Part shown: piece after piece, positions 10,627-21,300 of the stretch | Layout: each line of letters opens with the position of its first letter | Position numbering within the stretch: the stretch's first letter is position 1 | NCBI GenBank assembly: GCA_036274895.1 | Contig: DASUEU010000057.1 | Span: 5,807 to 69,806, forward strand | Source of the DNA: Thermoanaerobaculia bacterium | Lineage (GTDB): Bacteria; Acidobacteriota; Thermoanaerobaculia; Multivoradales; SZUA-115 | Direction of reading: 5' to 3' | DNA length: 64,000 bases | Program-made: the position numbers and the translations under genes | Notes under the pieces: generated by a model | The model's database searches: none | The model's input: only the letters and a program-made list of their open reading frames with translations | Told to the model about the DNA's origin: nothing

Positions 10627-12207
10627 ATGGGGACTGAGTTGCGCGCGACCTTCGGCTTGCCGGGTTTGGCCTTTGCCCTTCTGGCCTTGGCCGGCTGCGT
10701 CACCACGGGGGCTCGGCCAGCCCCTGATGCGGGGACCACGCCGGCGCCGCTCGCCGCGTACGTCCTGCTGGGGGAGTCACCGGCCGGTGGGCCGGTAGCC
10801 TTGGCACGGGTGATCCTGACCTCGGGCCGGGCCTGCCCCCGGCTGGTCGCCGCCGACGGCCGCGCCCCCGCCTCCCTGCCGATGGTCAAGCGGCTCAATC
10901 CCCACGGCTTCACGGTCGACGTCTGCGAGGCGGTGCTGCCCTTCGATCGCGAGTACGCCCTGGGCCCAGGTGGAGCGACCTTGCCGGTGGCGCGGCGCCA
11001 CGTCGAGAGGGTGGCGGTGTTCGGGGACACCGGGTGCAAGCCCAAGGACCAGGCCGGCTGCGGCCTGGACGACCCGGCCTGGCCCTTCCCGGCCCTCACC
11101 CGGGCCGCCGCGGGCCGGCAGCCGGACCTGGTGCTGCACGTGGGGGACTACAACTACCGCGGAACGCCCTCGAGCTTCGAGCAGACGGCCGGCGGCCAGA
11201 GCGTGAAGCAGTGGTACTACGACGCCGGGGACGGCGCCGAGCCCTCCGAGCAGTGCGAGCTGCCGGGGCCGTACTACAGCCAGAACTCGACCGGAAACCC
11301 GGACAGGGATGCCTGGCCGGCCTGGTGGCTGGACTTCTTCCAGCCGGCGGCGGAGCTGCTGGCGGCCTCGCCCTGGGTCTTCGCCCGCGGCAACCACGAG
11401 CTGTGCAGCCACGCCGGGCCGGGCTGGTTCTACTTCCTGGACGCCAGCTCGGAGCTGCCCGAGGGCGGTGGCGCCCAGCTCGCCTGCCCGTCCCAGGACG
11501 GGGAGGGACCCGCCCTACCGCACCTGGTGATGATCCCGCCGCGAGTGGTCGCTCTCCAGGATCTCTCCGTGGCCGTGCTGGACTCCGCCAACGCCTGTGA
11601 CGGGCTGAACAACTTCGGGCCGCAGTACGACGAGCAGTTCGGCGCCATCGCCGGCCGGCTGGCGGACGGCACGGCCTGGCTGATCGGGCATCGCCCGGTG
11701 TGGGGTGTCGAAGGCTCGGCCAGCGGCCCGGCCTACGGCTGTGATGGAGAGCCCGGCAGCGGCCCCACGCCGGCCTACGGCGTCCTCAATCGCACCCTCC
11801 AATGCGCCCTCGCCGGCACCGGCGGCCAGGCCCTGCTGCCCAAGCTCGACCTGCTGCTGGCGGGCCACATGCACCGTTTCGAGTGGCTGGTGTTCAACCA
11901 GAGCACGGGCCGTCCGCCGAGCCTGATCGTGGGCAACGGCGGGGTCCAGGAGGACACCGAACCTCCCCAGGGCGCCTTCCAGCAGGCCGTCGACGGCACC
12001 CAGGCCAGCGGCTTCTCGGTCGAGGAGTTCGGCTTCCTGGAGCTGGCCAGGGATGCCAAGGGGCGGTGGCTGGGCACGGTCCTCACCCCCGACCCCGGGG
12101 CCTGGGCGCCGAGCCTCCAGCCCTGTCCGGCGAGGGCTGGCGAGCCCCCCTTGTGCGTCGAGGGGCTTCCGGGGCGAGGTGGTGCTACCCTGTCAACCCA
12201 TCACTGA
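10627..12207 (+). CDS. lipoprotein metallophosphoesterase (calcineurin-like / purple-acid-phosphatase-like)
   Basis: Start MGTELRATFGLPGLAFALLALAGC (lipobox LAGC) with GAGGAG RBS. The ORF-track N-terminal extension is rejected. Motifs GDYNY, GNHE and GHMHRF match the metallophosphoesterase signature. Confidence 0.75.
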   Translation: MGTELRATFGLPGLAFALLALAGCVTTGARPAPDAGTTPAPLAAYVLLGESPAGGPVALARVILTSGRACPRLVAADGRAPASLPMVKRLNPHGFTVDVCEAVLPFDREYALGPGGATLPVARRHVERVAVFGDTGCKPKDQAGCGLDDPAWPFPALTRAAAGRQPDLVLHVGDYNYRGTPSSFEQTAGGQSVKQWYYDAGDGAEPSEQCELPGPYYSQNSTGNPDRDAWPAWWLDFFQPAAELLAASPWVFARGNHELCSHAGPGWFYFLDASSELPEGGGAQLACPSQDGEGPALPHLVMIPPRVVALQDLSVAVLDSANACDGLNNFGPQYDEQFGAIAGRLADGTAWLIGHRPVWGVEGSASGPAYGCDGEPGSGPTPAYGVLNRTLQCALAGTGGQALLPKLDLLLAGHMHRFEWLVFNQSTGRPPSLIVGNGGVQEDTEPPQGAFQQAVDGTQASGFSVEEFGFLELARDAKGRWLGTVLTPDPGAWAPSLQPCPARAGEPPLCVEGLPGRGGATLSTHH

Positions 12208-12215
12208 GAGGGCAC

Positions 12216-12374
12216 ATGGGCAAACCCAACTACTCCATCGTCAAGCGGCAGCGAGACCTGGCCAAGAAGAAGAAGCAAGAAGAGAAGCGGCAGCGCAAGG
12301 CAGCGGCCCAAGCCGAGAAGCCGCAAGAGGAGGCGCCCCCCGAGCCGGCCCCGGACGAGCCGGCCGGCGCTTGA
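12216..12374 (+). CDS. small highly basic protein (52 aa, K/R/E/Q-rich)
   Basis: ATG lies 8 nt after the metallophosphoesterase stop and is preceded by GAGAGGG. Sequence MGKPNYSIVKRQRDLAKKKKQEEKRQRK... No family recognised; could be spurious. Confidence 0.3.
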   Translation: MGKPNYSIVKRQRDLAKKKKQEEKRQRKAAAQAEKPQEEAPPEPAPDEPAGA

Positions 12375-12405
12375 CGCCTGCTCCCGGAGATCGGAGGTCA
12401 GCCTG

Positions 12406-13971
12406 ATGTCATCCGCGCCACGCCGAGGGCGATGGGGCGTCCCGAACCTGGTGGCGCTCCTCCTCCTGGCTGGCCTGCCGCTGGGATGTGTCAGCTCCCG
12501 CTCGGGAAGGGCGACCGCCCCGCTCGAGGAGCCGCCCCATTCAAGCGGGATGGAGCCGGAACCTCCCGTCCCTCCGCCGCCCGTGGACCCGCAGCCTCCC
12601 CCGCCGCCACCTCCGGCGGGAGGCTCGGCGAGGGAAGAGCACCAGTCCGTGAATCACTCTCGTGAGGTCGTCCGGGAGCCAGCCGATCTGAGGCGTGCTC
12701 CTCGCCCCCCCCAAGCACCGCCGCTGGTCGACAAGAAGCTGCGCTCGGTGCGCCTCTTCTATGGCACCAACCGGGCGCGCATCGAGGGATGTGAAGGGGT
12801 CAGCACGGTGAGCCGGCGCACGGCCAGCGGCCGCTGCCGGACGAGCGCCTACTACGGCGGCGTGATGTTGCCGAGCCCGGAGGAAGGCACCGCCGGTCTC
12901 GAGGTGGGCACCCTGGCCGTCACCTTCCCACCCATCCACGGCAAGGGCAAGATCGAACGGCCGCTCGAGGTCTTCTCCTTCCGCCTGCGGGGGGAGGATC
13001 CCGACCAGCACGTGGTGATCTCCGAGCTGCGTTCTTTCGGCTCCGATTTCGCCGCCTGGGCCCGCGAGCTGCGGGCCACCGGCCGCGACCAGGCGTTCAT
13101 CTACGTCCACGGCTTCGAGCACACCTTCGAGAAGGCCGCGCTGCGCGCCGCTCAGATCGCCTACGACCTGGACTTCGACGTCGAGGAGGACTTCCGCGGC
13201 GTGCCCATGCTGTTCAGCTGGCCGTCGCGCGGCGGGATCGACGCCTACGGGGTCGACTACGACGTCTCCTTCGAGTCGATCGACGCCTTCAACCGCTTCC
13301 TCGACCTGGTCAAGCACGAAGCGGGCATCCGGCAGGTCCACGTGATCGCCCACAGCATGGGCAACCGGGTGGTCACCGAGGCCCTCCTGGCTCGCGCTGA
13401 GCGCCAGCAGGTCGGCCCCCTGGTCGACCAGTTGGTGCTGGCGGCCCCGGACGTCTGGGCGAGCCGGTTCAAGAACAAGTTCCTGCGCACTCTTCCGCGG
13501 CTGGCGGCGCGGGTGACCCTGTACGTCTCGAATCAGGACCGCGCCCTGATCGCTTCGAGCAAGATCCGCAAGGACGAGCCCCGGGCGGGCCAGGTCGAAG
13601 GCGGGCTGCTGGAGGCGAGCCGCGGTGTCGAGCGCTTCGACGCGATCAACGCCTCGACCCTCGAGACCGACTTCCTCGGCCACGGCTACTACGCGAGCCA
13701 CGGCTCGATGCTCGGTGACATCTACTGCCTGCTCAAGGGCACGCCCGCTGCCGGGCGACCGCTGCTCCTCCTGGCCGGCCCGGCCTGGCAGTTCCGCCCA
13801 CCGGTGGAGCTGGCAGCGCTCGCCGCCGGAGCCTGCCGCGCCGCCGCCCCGGCGCCACCCGCGGCCATCCCCATCCCCGAGCCCGCAGCCTTCCCCTGGC
13901 TCCCGGTCTGGGTACTGCTCGGGGCAGCGCTGGTGGTCCTGGTGATCTGGCGTCTGCGGCGCGGCCGATGA
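12406..13971 (+). CDS. lipoprotein alpha/beta hydrolase (DUF900-like esterase), C-terminal TM anchor
   Basis: Signal peptide with lipobox LAGLPLGC. Pro-rich linker. Serine-hydrolase elbow IAHSMGN. C-terminal hydrophobic helix. GGAGG RBS. Confidence 0.7.
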   Translation: MSSAPRRGRWGVPNLVALLLLAGLPLGCVSSRSGRATAPLEEPPHSSGMEPEPPVPPPPVDPQPPPPPPPAGGSAREEHQSVNHSREVVREPADLRRAPRPPQAPPLVDKKLRSVRLFYGTNRARIEGCEGVSTVSRRTASGRCRTSAYYGGVMLPSPEEGTAGLEVGTLAVTFPPIHGKGKIERPLEVFSFRLRGEDPDQHVVISELRSFGSDFAAWARELRATGRDQAFIYVHGFEHTFEKAALRAAQIAYDLDFDVEEDFRGVPMLFSWPSRGGIDAYGVDYDVSFESIDAFNRFLDLVKHEAGIRQVHVIAHSMGNRVVTEALLARAERQQVGPLVDQLVLAAPDVWASRFKNKFLRTLPRLAARVTLYVSNQDRALIASSKIRKDEPRAGQVEGGLLEASRGVERFDAINASTLETDFLGHGYYASHGSMLGDIYCLLKGTPAAGRPLLLLAGPAWQFRPPVELAALAAGACRAAAPAPPAAIPIPEPAAFPWLPVWVLLGAALVVLVIWRLRRGR

Positions 13972-14041
13972 CGCGACTCGTTGGGCACGACAAGAAAACG
14001 CATGAGGCGTGGCCGTCAGAGATGGTGAAGGGAGAGTCTCC

Positions 14042-15139
14042 ATGAACGCAAGAGCTGTGCTTCTTCTCGCCGGTCTGGGGTTGGCGGCGGGTGCCGCAGT
14101 GGCCCAAGAGGGCGCCGCCACCGCGAGGATTGTGTCGGTGTCACCGCAGACGTTCGCCATCGGCTCGAAGTTGGTCTTCGAGACCGAGCATCTCGACCGC
14201 CTCTGTCCCGGCCGTGCGGCCGGCCAGGAGCTGCGCCTCTTTCTCGATGGTCGCCCGCTGCCCGGAGTCGAACCTCTCGTGTTGGCTCCCGACCGCGTGC
14301 GCTTCGACCTCGAGCCCAGCTGGGCTCGTCGCGTCGAGGGAGAAGAAGGCAACGTGTGGGCCGGGTTCGCCTCTGGCTCGCTGTTCGGTCCCAGGTCACG
14401 AACGGTCCAGACGAGCCTGGGTTACGACGCCTGCCCGGGCGGCGCCTGGGCGCAGACGCCCGCCGTCCCGCTGACGATGACAGTGCTCTCGAATAGCTGG
14501 CGGCTGACCTGGATCGTTTGCATGCTGGCGATCGTGGGGCTCACGGTCTGGCTCGCTCGGAACACGCCGCTTCTCCGCGAGGGGGGGGCCAGCGGCCCCT
14601 ACAGCCTGGCCCGGACCCAGATCGCCTTCTGGACCGTCCTGGCGCTCGGCGCCTTCCTGCTCATCCTGATGTCCACCGGCTCTGTCGCCAGCCTGAATGG
14701 CGACGTGCTGGTGCTCCTCGGCATCAGCGGAGCCACCGGTCTGAGTAGCGCGGTGATTGACTCGAGCAAGAAGGAGCAGATGGCGCGGAAGGAAGCCCTG
14801 GACTCCCAGAAGACACGTCTCGCAGGTCTCGACGCGGAGAGCCAGAGGAGCGCGCCGGTCCTCGATCAGCAGCGCCAGGTCGCCGTTGAGCTGGCCCAGC
14901 TGCCGTCCTACATCGACCAGCCCAAGGCCAGCTTCATCCCTGACCTCTTGAAGGATGAGAATGGCTACAGCATCTACCGCCTTCAGTTCTTTCTCTGGAC
15001 TCTGGTCCTCGGCGGCTGGTTCCTTTACGCGGTGGTCACCCGGCTGACGATGCCCTCGTTCAGCACCGAGCTCTTGACCCTGATGGGCATCAGCTCCGGG
15101 ACTTACGTCTCGCTCAAGACGCAGGAGAAGCAGGTCTGA
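14042..15139 (+). CDS. hypothetical membrane protein (signal peptide plus ~4 TM helices)
   Basis: Start MNARAVLLLAGLGLAAG with GAAGGGAGAG RBS; the ORF-track extension is rejected. Hydrophobic helices at WRLTWIVCMLAIVGL, IAFWTVLALGAFLLI, VLVLLGISGATGL and FFLWTLVLGGWFLYAVV. Confidence 0.6.
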   Translation: MNARAVLLLAGLGLAAGAAVAQEGAATARIVSVSPQTFAIGSKLVFETEHLDRLCPGRAAGQELRLFLDGRPLPGVEPLVLAPDRVRFDLEPSWARRVEGEEGNVWAGFASGSLFGPRSRTVQTSLGYDACPGGAWAQTPAVPLTMTVLSNSWRLTWIVCMLAIVGLTVWLARNTPLLREGGASGPYSLARTQIAFWTVLALGAFLLILMSTGSVASLNGDVLVLLGISGATGLSSAVIDSSKKEQMARKEALDSQKTRLAGLDAESQRSAPVLDQQRQVAVELAQLPSYIDQPKASFIPDLLKDENGYSIYRLQFFLWTLVLGGWFLYAVVTRLTMPSFSTELLTLMGISSGTYVSLKTQEKQV

Positions 15140-15153
15140 GCCGGCAGGGCCGC

Positions 15154-15939
15154 TCAGGCGCCCAGCCCGAGCTCGGCCGTGGCCGCGGCGTCCACCAGCC
15201 AGCCGAGGCTGCCTGCTGTCGGCCGAATCCCCTGGGCCGGTAGCAGGTCGGGCTGGGGTGGCTCGGTGAGCACGCGCCGGAGCGCCGCCGCCTTGTCGCG
15301 GCCGGCAACCAGAAAGACCACCTCCGCGGCGGCGTTGACCACCATCGGGGTCAGGGTGATCCGCCAGGGCGGCGCGGCCGGCGCGCGCTCGGCCCGCACC
15401 CACAGCTCGCGCTCGTGGAGGGCCTCGGCGCCCGGGAACAGGGAGGCGGTGTGACCGTCCTGCCCCAGGCCCAGGAGCACGAGGTCGAAGCGGGCCCCCG
15501 GCATGGTGCGAGGGGGGCCGGTGGGGGTGGCGAAGGCCTCGCGCAGCTCCCGTTCGTAGGCCGCCGCGGCCACGGCGGGCTCGGCCTCGCCCCGGATGCG
15601 GTGGATCTGCTCGGGGCGCAGCGGAACGCGATCGAGCAGGGCCTCGCGCGCCATCCGGTAGTTGCTCGCGCCATCGCCTGGCAGCACCGCCCGCTCGTCA
15701 CCCCAGAAGACGTGGACCCGGGACCAGTCGATTCGCGAGGCGTGGGGCTCGGCCGCCAGCCGGGCGTAGAGCCCCTCGGGGGTGGCGCCTCCCGCCAGCG
15801 CCACCACGAACCGGCCCCTGGCCGCGATCGCCGCACCGGCCGCGGCCGCGAAGCGCTCGGCCGCCGCTGCCAGCAGCGCCTCGCGGGTGGGGAAGACCTC
15901 GACCTCGCCGCGGTTCGGGCTCTCTCTCTGGAGCGTCAT
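15154..15939 (-). CDS. pgl: 6-phosphogluconolactonase
   Basis: Motifs ALAGGATPEGLY and LLGLGQDGHTASLFPG. ATG at 15937-15939 overlaps the zwf stop (ATGA). The longer track ORF 15154..16392 is an artefactual extension into zwf. Confidence 0.85.
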   Translation of the reverse strand: MTLQRESPNRGEVEVFPTREALLAAAAERFAAAAGAAIAARGRFVVALAGGATPEGLYARLAAEPHASRIDWSRVHVFWGDERAVLPGDGASNYRMAREALLDRVPLRPEQIHRIRGEAEPAVAAAAYERELREAFATPTGPPRTMPGARFDLVLLGLGQDGHTASLFPGAEALHERELWVRAERAPAAPPWRITLTPMVVNAAAEVVFLVAGRDKAAALRRVLTEPPQPDLLPAQGIRPTAGSLGWLVDAAATAELGLGA

Positions 15940-17315
15940 CTGGCGGGCCTGTGCCAGCCGCCCACGTCCGCGGCCAGCGCCTCGGCCTCCGGGGGGCCCC
16001 AGCTGCCGGGCCTGTACTCGTGGGCGGGGGTGACGTTGCCCAGCACCGGCTCCACCACGGACCAGGCGGCCTCCACGGTGTCCTGGCGAGCGAACAGCAT
16101 GGGGTCCCCCTCCAGGGCGTCGCCCAGCAGTCGCTCGTAGGCGTCCATGGCGTCGCCGTGGGGGTGGTGGGCGATCGCCAGCTCGATGGGCTCCGAGGTC
16201 AGCTCGCCGCCGGCGCGCTTGACCCGCGCCCCGATCGCGATGGTCACGTCCGGCCCCAGGCGGAAGCGCAGGTAGTTGGTCTCGCCGGCGGCCAGCCGGA
16301 GCAGGGGCGGCCGCTTGAGGGTCACCAGCACCTCGGTGGCGGTCACGGCCAGGCGCTTGCCGCTGCGCACCAGGAACGGCACCCCTTCCCACCGCCAGGA
16401 GTCCACGTGCAGCCGGGCGGCCGCGAAGGTCTCCACCGTCGATCCCGGCGCCACGCCCTCCTCGTCCCGGTAGCCGCGGAACTGGCCTCTCACCACGTTC
16501 CTCGGGTTCAACGGCCGAATCAGCCGGAAGACCTTGACCTGCTCGTCGCTGATCGACTCGCGCAGGGCCAGGGCCGGCGGCTCCATGGCCAGAAAGCCCA
16601 CCACCTGCAGCAGGTGGTTCTGGATCACGTCGCGCAGGGCCCCGGCTTCCTCGTAGAAACGGCCGCGGCCGGCCACCCCGAAGCGCTCGGCCAGCGTCAC
16701 CTGCACGCTCCGCACGTAGTGGTTGTTCCAGATCGGCTCGAGGAAGGTGTTGGCGAAGCGGAAAACCAGCAGGTTCTGCACCGCCTCCTTGCCCAGGTAG
16801 TGGTCGATGCGGAAGATGCGCCGCTCGTCGAACACCCGGTGGAGGGTGGCGTTGAGCGCGCGGGCCGAGGCGAGGTCCCGGCCGAAGGGCTTCTCGACGA
16901 TGATCCGCGCCCGACCGGCGCAGCCCGACGCCCCCAGCCCTTCGACCACGGTGGCGAACAGTCCCGGCGGGATGGCGAGGTAGTGGAGAGGTCGCTCCGC
17001 CTCGCCCAGGGCCCGGTGGAGGGCCCTGAAGGTGGCGGCGTCCTGATAGTCGCCCTGGACGAACGCGAGCCGGGCCTCGAGCTTCGAGAGGGCCTGGCGG
17101 TCGAGGTCGCCGCCCTTGCCGACGTGCCTGGTGATGCTCTCGCGCAGGCGAGCGCGGAGCTGGTCGAGGTTCCAGTCGGAGCGGGCCACGCCGATCACCG
17201 GCAGGTCGAAGCCGCCCCGGCGGACCATGGCGTAGAGGGCGGGGAAGATCTTCTTGTAGGCGAGGTCGCCGGTGACCCCGTAGAGCACGAAGGCGTCGGA
17301 GCGCACGGGCTTCAT
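15936..17315 (-). CDS. zwf: glucose-6-phosphate dehydrogenase
   Basis: Motifs MKPVRSDAFVLYGVTGDLAYKKIFPA, RIDHYLGKE and EKPFGRDL. Start at 17313-17315 overlaps the gnd stop. Confidence 0.9.
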   Translation of the reverse strand: MKPVRSDAFVLYGVTGDLAYKKIFPALYAMVRRGGFDLPVIGVARSDWNLDQLRARLRESITRHVGKGGDLDRQALSKLEARLAFVQGDYQDAATFRALHRALGEAERPLHYLAIPPGLFATVVEGLGASGCAGRARIIVEKPFGRDLASARALNATLHRVFDERRIFRIDHYLGKEAVQNLLVFRFANTFLEPIWNNHYVRSVQVTLAERFGVAGRGRFYEEAGALRDVIQNHLLQVVGFLAMEPPALALRESISDEQVKVFRLIRPLNPRNVVRGQFRGYRDEEGVAPGSTVETFAAARLHVDSWRWEGVPFLVRSGKRLAVTATEVLVTLKRPPLLRLAAGETNYLRFRLGPDVTIAIGARVKRAGGELTSEPIELAIAHHPHGDAMDAYERLLGDALEGDPMLFARQDTVEAAWSVVEPVLGNVTPAHEYRPGSWGPPEAEALAADVGGWHRPAR

Positions 17316-18343
17316 CGCCCGGGCTCCCGAGCCGGGCCCTTCTCCACGTGGCCGCCGAACTCGAAGCGCAGGGCGGAGAGCAGGCGGTTCTGGAAGTCGG
17401 CCTCGCCCCGGGAGCTGAAGCGCTCGAACAGGGCGGCAGCGAGGACGTGGGCCGGCACCGCCGCGTCGATGGCCGCCTGGAGGGTCCAGCGCCCCTCGCC
17501 CGAGTCGGACACCCGGCCGTCGAAGTGGTCCAGGGCGGGATCCTTCGCCAGCGCCGAGGCGGTCAGGTCGAGAAGCCAGGAGGTGATCACGCTGCCCCGG
17601 CGCCACAGCTCGGCGATCTCCGCCAGGTCGAAGTCGTAGCGGTAGAGCTCCGGCTCGGCGAGCGGCGTGGTCTCGGCGTCGTGCTCGTGGGTGAGGTGGC
17701 CGGCGTTGGCGTGCTTCAAGAGGTTGAAGCCCTCCGAGTAGGCCGCCATCAACCCGTACTCGATGCCGTTGTGGACCATCTTGACGAAGTGGCCGGCGCC
17801 GTGGGGGCCGCAGTGGAGGTAGCCGCGCTCCGCCGTGCCGCTGCGCCCCTCACGGCCTGGAGTGGGGGGCAGCGAGCCGAGACCGGGCGCCAGGGTGGCG
17901 AAGAGGGGGTCCAGGCGCTCGACCACCTCGCTCTCGCCGCCGATCATCAAGCAGTAGCCGCGCTCGAGGCCGAACACGCCGCCGCTGGTGCCGCAGTCGA
18001 CGTAGTGCAGGCCCCGTTCAGCGAGGCGCCGGGCGCGGGCGAGGTCGTGCCGGTAGTGGGAGTTGCCGCCGTCCACCACCACGTCGCCCGGCTCCAGGTG
18101 GTCGATCAGGCCGTCGAGGGCACGGTCCACCACGGCGGCCGGCACCATCAGCCAGACCGTCCGGGGCTTCTTGAGCGCGGCCACGAAGCCCTCGAGGGTC
18201 GCCGCCCCGGTGGCGCCCTCGTCGGCCAGCTCCGCGATCGCCGCGGCCGAGAGGTCGTGCACCACGCAGCGGTGGCCGCCCCGCAGCCAGCGCCGAACCA
18301 TCCCCGCCCCCATGCGCCCCAGCCCGATCATGCCAACGTTCAT
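17312..18343 (-). CDS. gnd: 6-phosphogluconate dehydrogenase (decarboxylating), short Gnd/YqeC-like form
   Basis: Motifs MNVGMIGLGRMG (Rossmann) and GHFVKMVHNGIEYG. GAGAGGAG RBS. ATG at 18341-18343 overlaps the czcA stop (ATGA). Confidence 0.85.
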   Translation of the reverse strand: MNVGMIGLGRMGAGMVRRWLRGGHRCVVHDLSAAAIAELADEGATGAATLEGFVAALKKPRTVWLMVPAAVVDRALDGLIDHLEPGDVVVDGGNSHYRHDLARARRLAERGLHYVDCGTSGGVFGLERGYCLMIGGESEVVERLDPLFATLAPGLGSLPPTPGREGRSGTAERGYLHCGPHGAGHFVKMVHNGIEYGLMAAYSEGFNLLKHANAGHLTHEHDAETTPLAEPELYRYDFDLAEIAELWRRGSVITSWLLDLTASALAKDPALDHFDGRVSDSGEGRWTLQAAIDAAVPAHVLAAALFERFSSRGEADFQNRLLSALRFEFGGHVEKGPAREPGR

Positions 18344-21300
18344 GCTGGTCTCCTCTCTCGGGATGATAAGGGCTCCACCCAGGCGTACACGCTCGGCAGC
18401 ACCAGCAGGGTGAAGAGGGTGGAGGTGACCAGGCCGCCGACCATCACCAGGGCCAGGGGGCGCTCCAGCTCGGAGCCGCCGAAGCCGAGCAGCATGGGTG
18501 TGAGGCCGAGGATGGCGGCACCGGCGGTCATCAGCTTGGGGCGCACGCGGCCCAGGCTGGCCTCCCTCAGGGCCTCGCGGAAGGGCAGGCCGGTCCCCAC
18601 CAGCCCGCGGGTCTGGGTGATCAGCACCAGGCTGTTCTGCACCGCCACCCCGAGCAGGCCGATCACCCCCACGATCGAGGAGGCGTTCCAGGTCTCCCCG
18701 GCGAGCCACAGGGCGTAGAGGCCGCCGGCGAGGGCCAGGGGCAGGGTCACCAGCACCACCAGCACTTCCCGCGCCCGGCCCAGGGCGAGAAACAGCAACA
18801 CCACCACCAGGGTCAGGGCGGCGGCCGAGGCCGCCAGCAGGCGGCGGCGGGTCTCCCGCGCCTCCTCGATCTTGCCCGCCAGGGCCACGGTGGTGCCGGG
18901 GGGCAGCTCGGCCCCGGCCAGCGCCGCCTCGATGCGCTTCGCCGTGCCGCCCAGGTCCCCCTCGGTGCGCACGTTCAGCCCCAGCCGGCGCTGGCCGTTC
19001 TTGCGCCGGATCATCGCCGGCATGGTCTCCTCGACCAGGGTCGCCACCTGGCCGACCTCGATGATCCGCCCCTCCTCGACCACGATCGGCAGGCGCTTCA
19101 GCTTCTCCGGGGTCAGCCGGCCGTCGCTGGGGAAGCGCACCACCCTCTCGATGCGTTGCAGCCCCGCGAACCGGGGCTCCAGCGCGATGCCCTGGAGGGC
19201 CGCGGTGACCGTCTGGGTCAGGGCCTGGCGCGGCACGTCGAGGCGGCGCAGGGCCTCGTCGTCCGGGATCACCCGCCAGCGGGGCAGGGGAGCGCCGGTG
19301 TCCGGCGCCACGCTCGCCACCCCCGGCACCTCGGCGAGCCGGGCCTGGAGGGCGGGGAGCCGGGCCAGCAGCCCGTCGAGGTCGGGGTGGAAGAGCTCGA
19401 CCTGGATGTCCGCCGGGGTGCCGCCGATGCCCTCCGAGATGCGCATGTTCATCGGCGTGGTCAGCTCGACGACGAAGGGCATGCGTTCGGCGATCTCGGC
19501 CAGCTCGGCCTCGACCTCGCCCGGATCGGCTCCCGGCTCGAGCACCACCAGCACGTCCGAGAGGTAGCTCGGCATGGGGTCCTCGGTGACCTCACCGCGG
19601 CCGGTGCGGCGGTAGGAGCCGCGCACCCCCGGGACGCCGGCCAGCTCGCTCTCGAAGCGGCGGTTGGCCTCGTCGATCGCCGACAGGCTGGCGTCCGAGG
19701 GCAAGAGGGTCTGTGCCATCAACGCTCCCTCGTCGAGGGCGGGCAGGAACTCATTGCCCAGGGAGAGCCCGAGCCACAGGGCCGGCAGGGCGACGGCGAG
19801 GGCGATCGCCTGGGCCACGCCGCCGTGCGCCAGGGCGCGCTCGAGCAGGGGGCGGTACAGGCGCTTGATGGCGGCGACCACGCGGGGCTCGGCGAGGCGG
19901 CTGCCCGGGGGCAGGAGCCGGTCGACCAGCACCGGCACGAGGGTGAAGGAAAGCACCAGCGAGAGGGTCATGGCCGCCGCCACGGCCACCGCCAGGGGCG
20001 CGTAGAGCCTGCCGGCCACCCCGCCGACGGCGAGCAGGGGGATGAACACGGCGAGGATCACCGCGACCGCAGTGGCGATCGGCACGGCCACCTCGGCCGC
20101 GGCGCGGGCGAGCACGGCACCGCGGTCTTCCGGCGCGGGAGCGGCCTGGTCGAGGCGGTGGGCGAGGTTCTCGACCATGATCACCCCGGCATCCACCAGC
20201 AGGCCGACGGCGATGGCGAGGCCGCCCAGGGTCATGGCGTTCAAGCCCAGCCCGAGGGCCGCCAGGGGCACGGCGGCGCCGAGGGTCGCGAGCGGCAGCA
20301 GGGCGATCACCACCAGGGTGGAGCGCCAGCTGCCGAGCAGCACCACCAGCACCAGCGCCACGAAGGCGGCCCCCAGCAGCAGGGCCCGCGAGACGCCGCC
20401 GAGGGACCGGGCGACCAGCTCCCCCTGGTCGTAGAAGAGGGCGAGCGACATCCCCTCCGGCAGGGCGGCCTCGAGCCCGGGCAGGGCGGCGCGCACCCGC
20501 CGCGAGGTGGCCAGGGTCTCCGCCCCGGGCTGCTTGATCACCCGCATCGACACCGCCTCGAAGCCCTGGAAGCGGGCCAGGCCCTGGCGCAGCTCGGGGG
20601 CTTCCCGCACCTCGGCCAGCTCGCCCAGGGCCACCAGCCCGTGGGCGGTGTGCACCGGCAGGCGGCGCACCGCCTCGGGGGTGGCGGCGAGGCTGGCGAC
20701 GGTGACGTACCACTGCTTGTCCTGGATCTCGAGGATGCCGGCGGAGGCGTCGCGCTCGGCTCCTTCCAGGGCCTCGACGATCTGGTCCAGGGAGACCCCG
20801 GCCAGGCGCATCCGCTCGGGGGAGATCGCCACCTGGAGCTGGCGGCCCTCACCCCCCAGCAGCTCCACCCGCGCCACCCCGGCCACGGCCTGGAGGCGGG
20901 GCACCACCTCGCGCACCGCGTGGTCCCGCAGCCGCATGGGATCGGCCGCCGGCCCCTCGAGCACCAGCTCCTGGATCTCCTGCAAGCGGCCGGCGGCGGA
21001 GGTCATCAGCGGGGCAGCGGTGCCGGCGGGGAAGCCGGGCACCACCAGGGCGAGCTTCTCGGCCACCAGCTGGCGCGAGCGCCAGGGGTCGCTGTCCCCC
21101 TCGAAGGCGACCACCACCTGGACGATGCCGGCCTGGGAGGTGCTGGTCACCCGGCGGACCGCGGGCAGGCCGGTCAGGGCCTGCTCGATGGGCTGGGCCA
21201 CGGCCAGCTCCAGCTCGTCGGGAGAGCGCCCCGGGCTCTGCACCAGCAGCTGCAAGGTGGGCAGGGCGAGGTCGGGGAAGAGGTCCCGGGGCAGGCCGAG

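Noticed and set aside
15154-16392. 412-aa ORF extending pgl upstream
   Set aside because: The N-terminal 151 residues are R/G/P-rich junk overlapping zwf in another frame. pgl starts at the ATG overlapping the zwf stop (15937-15939).
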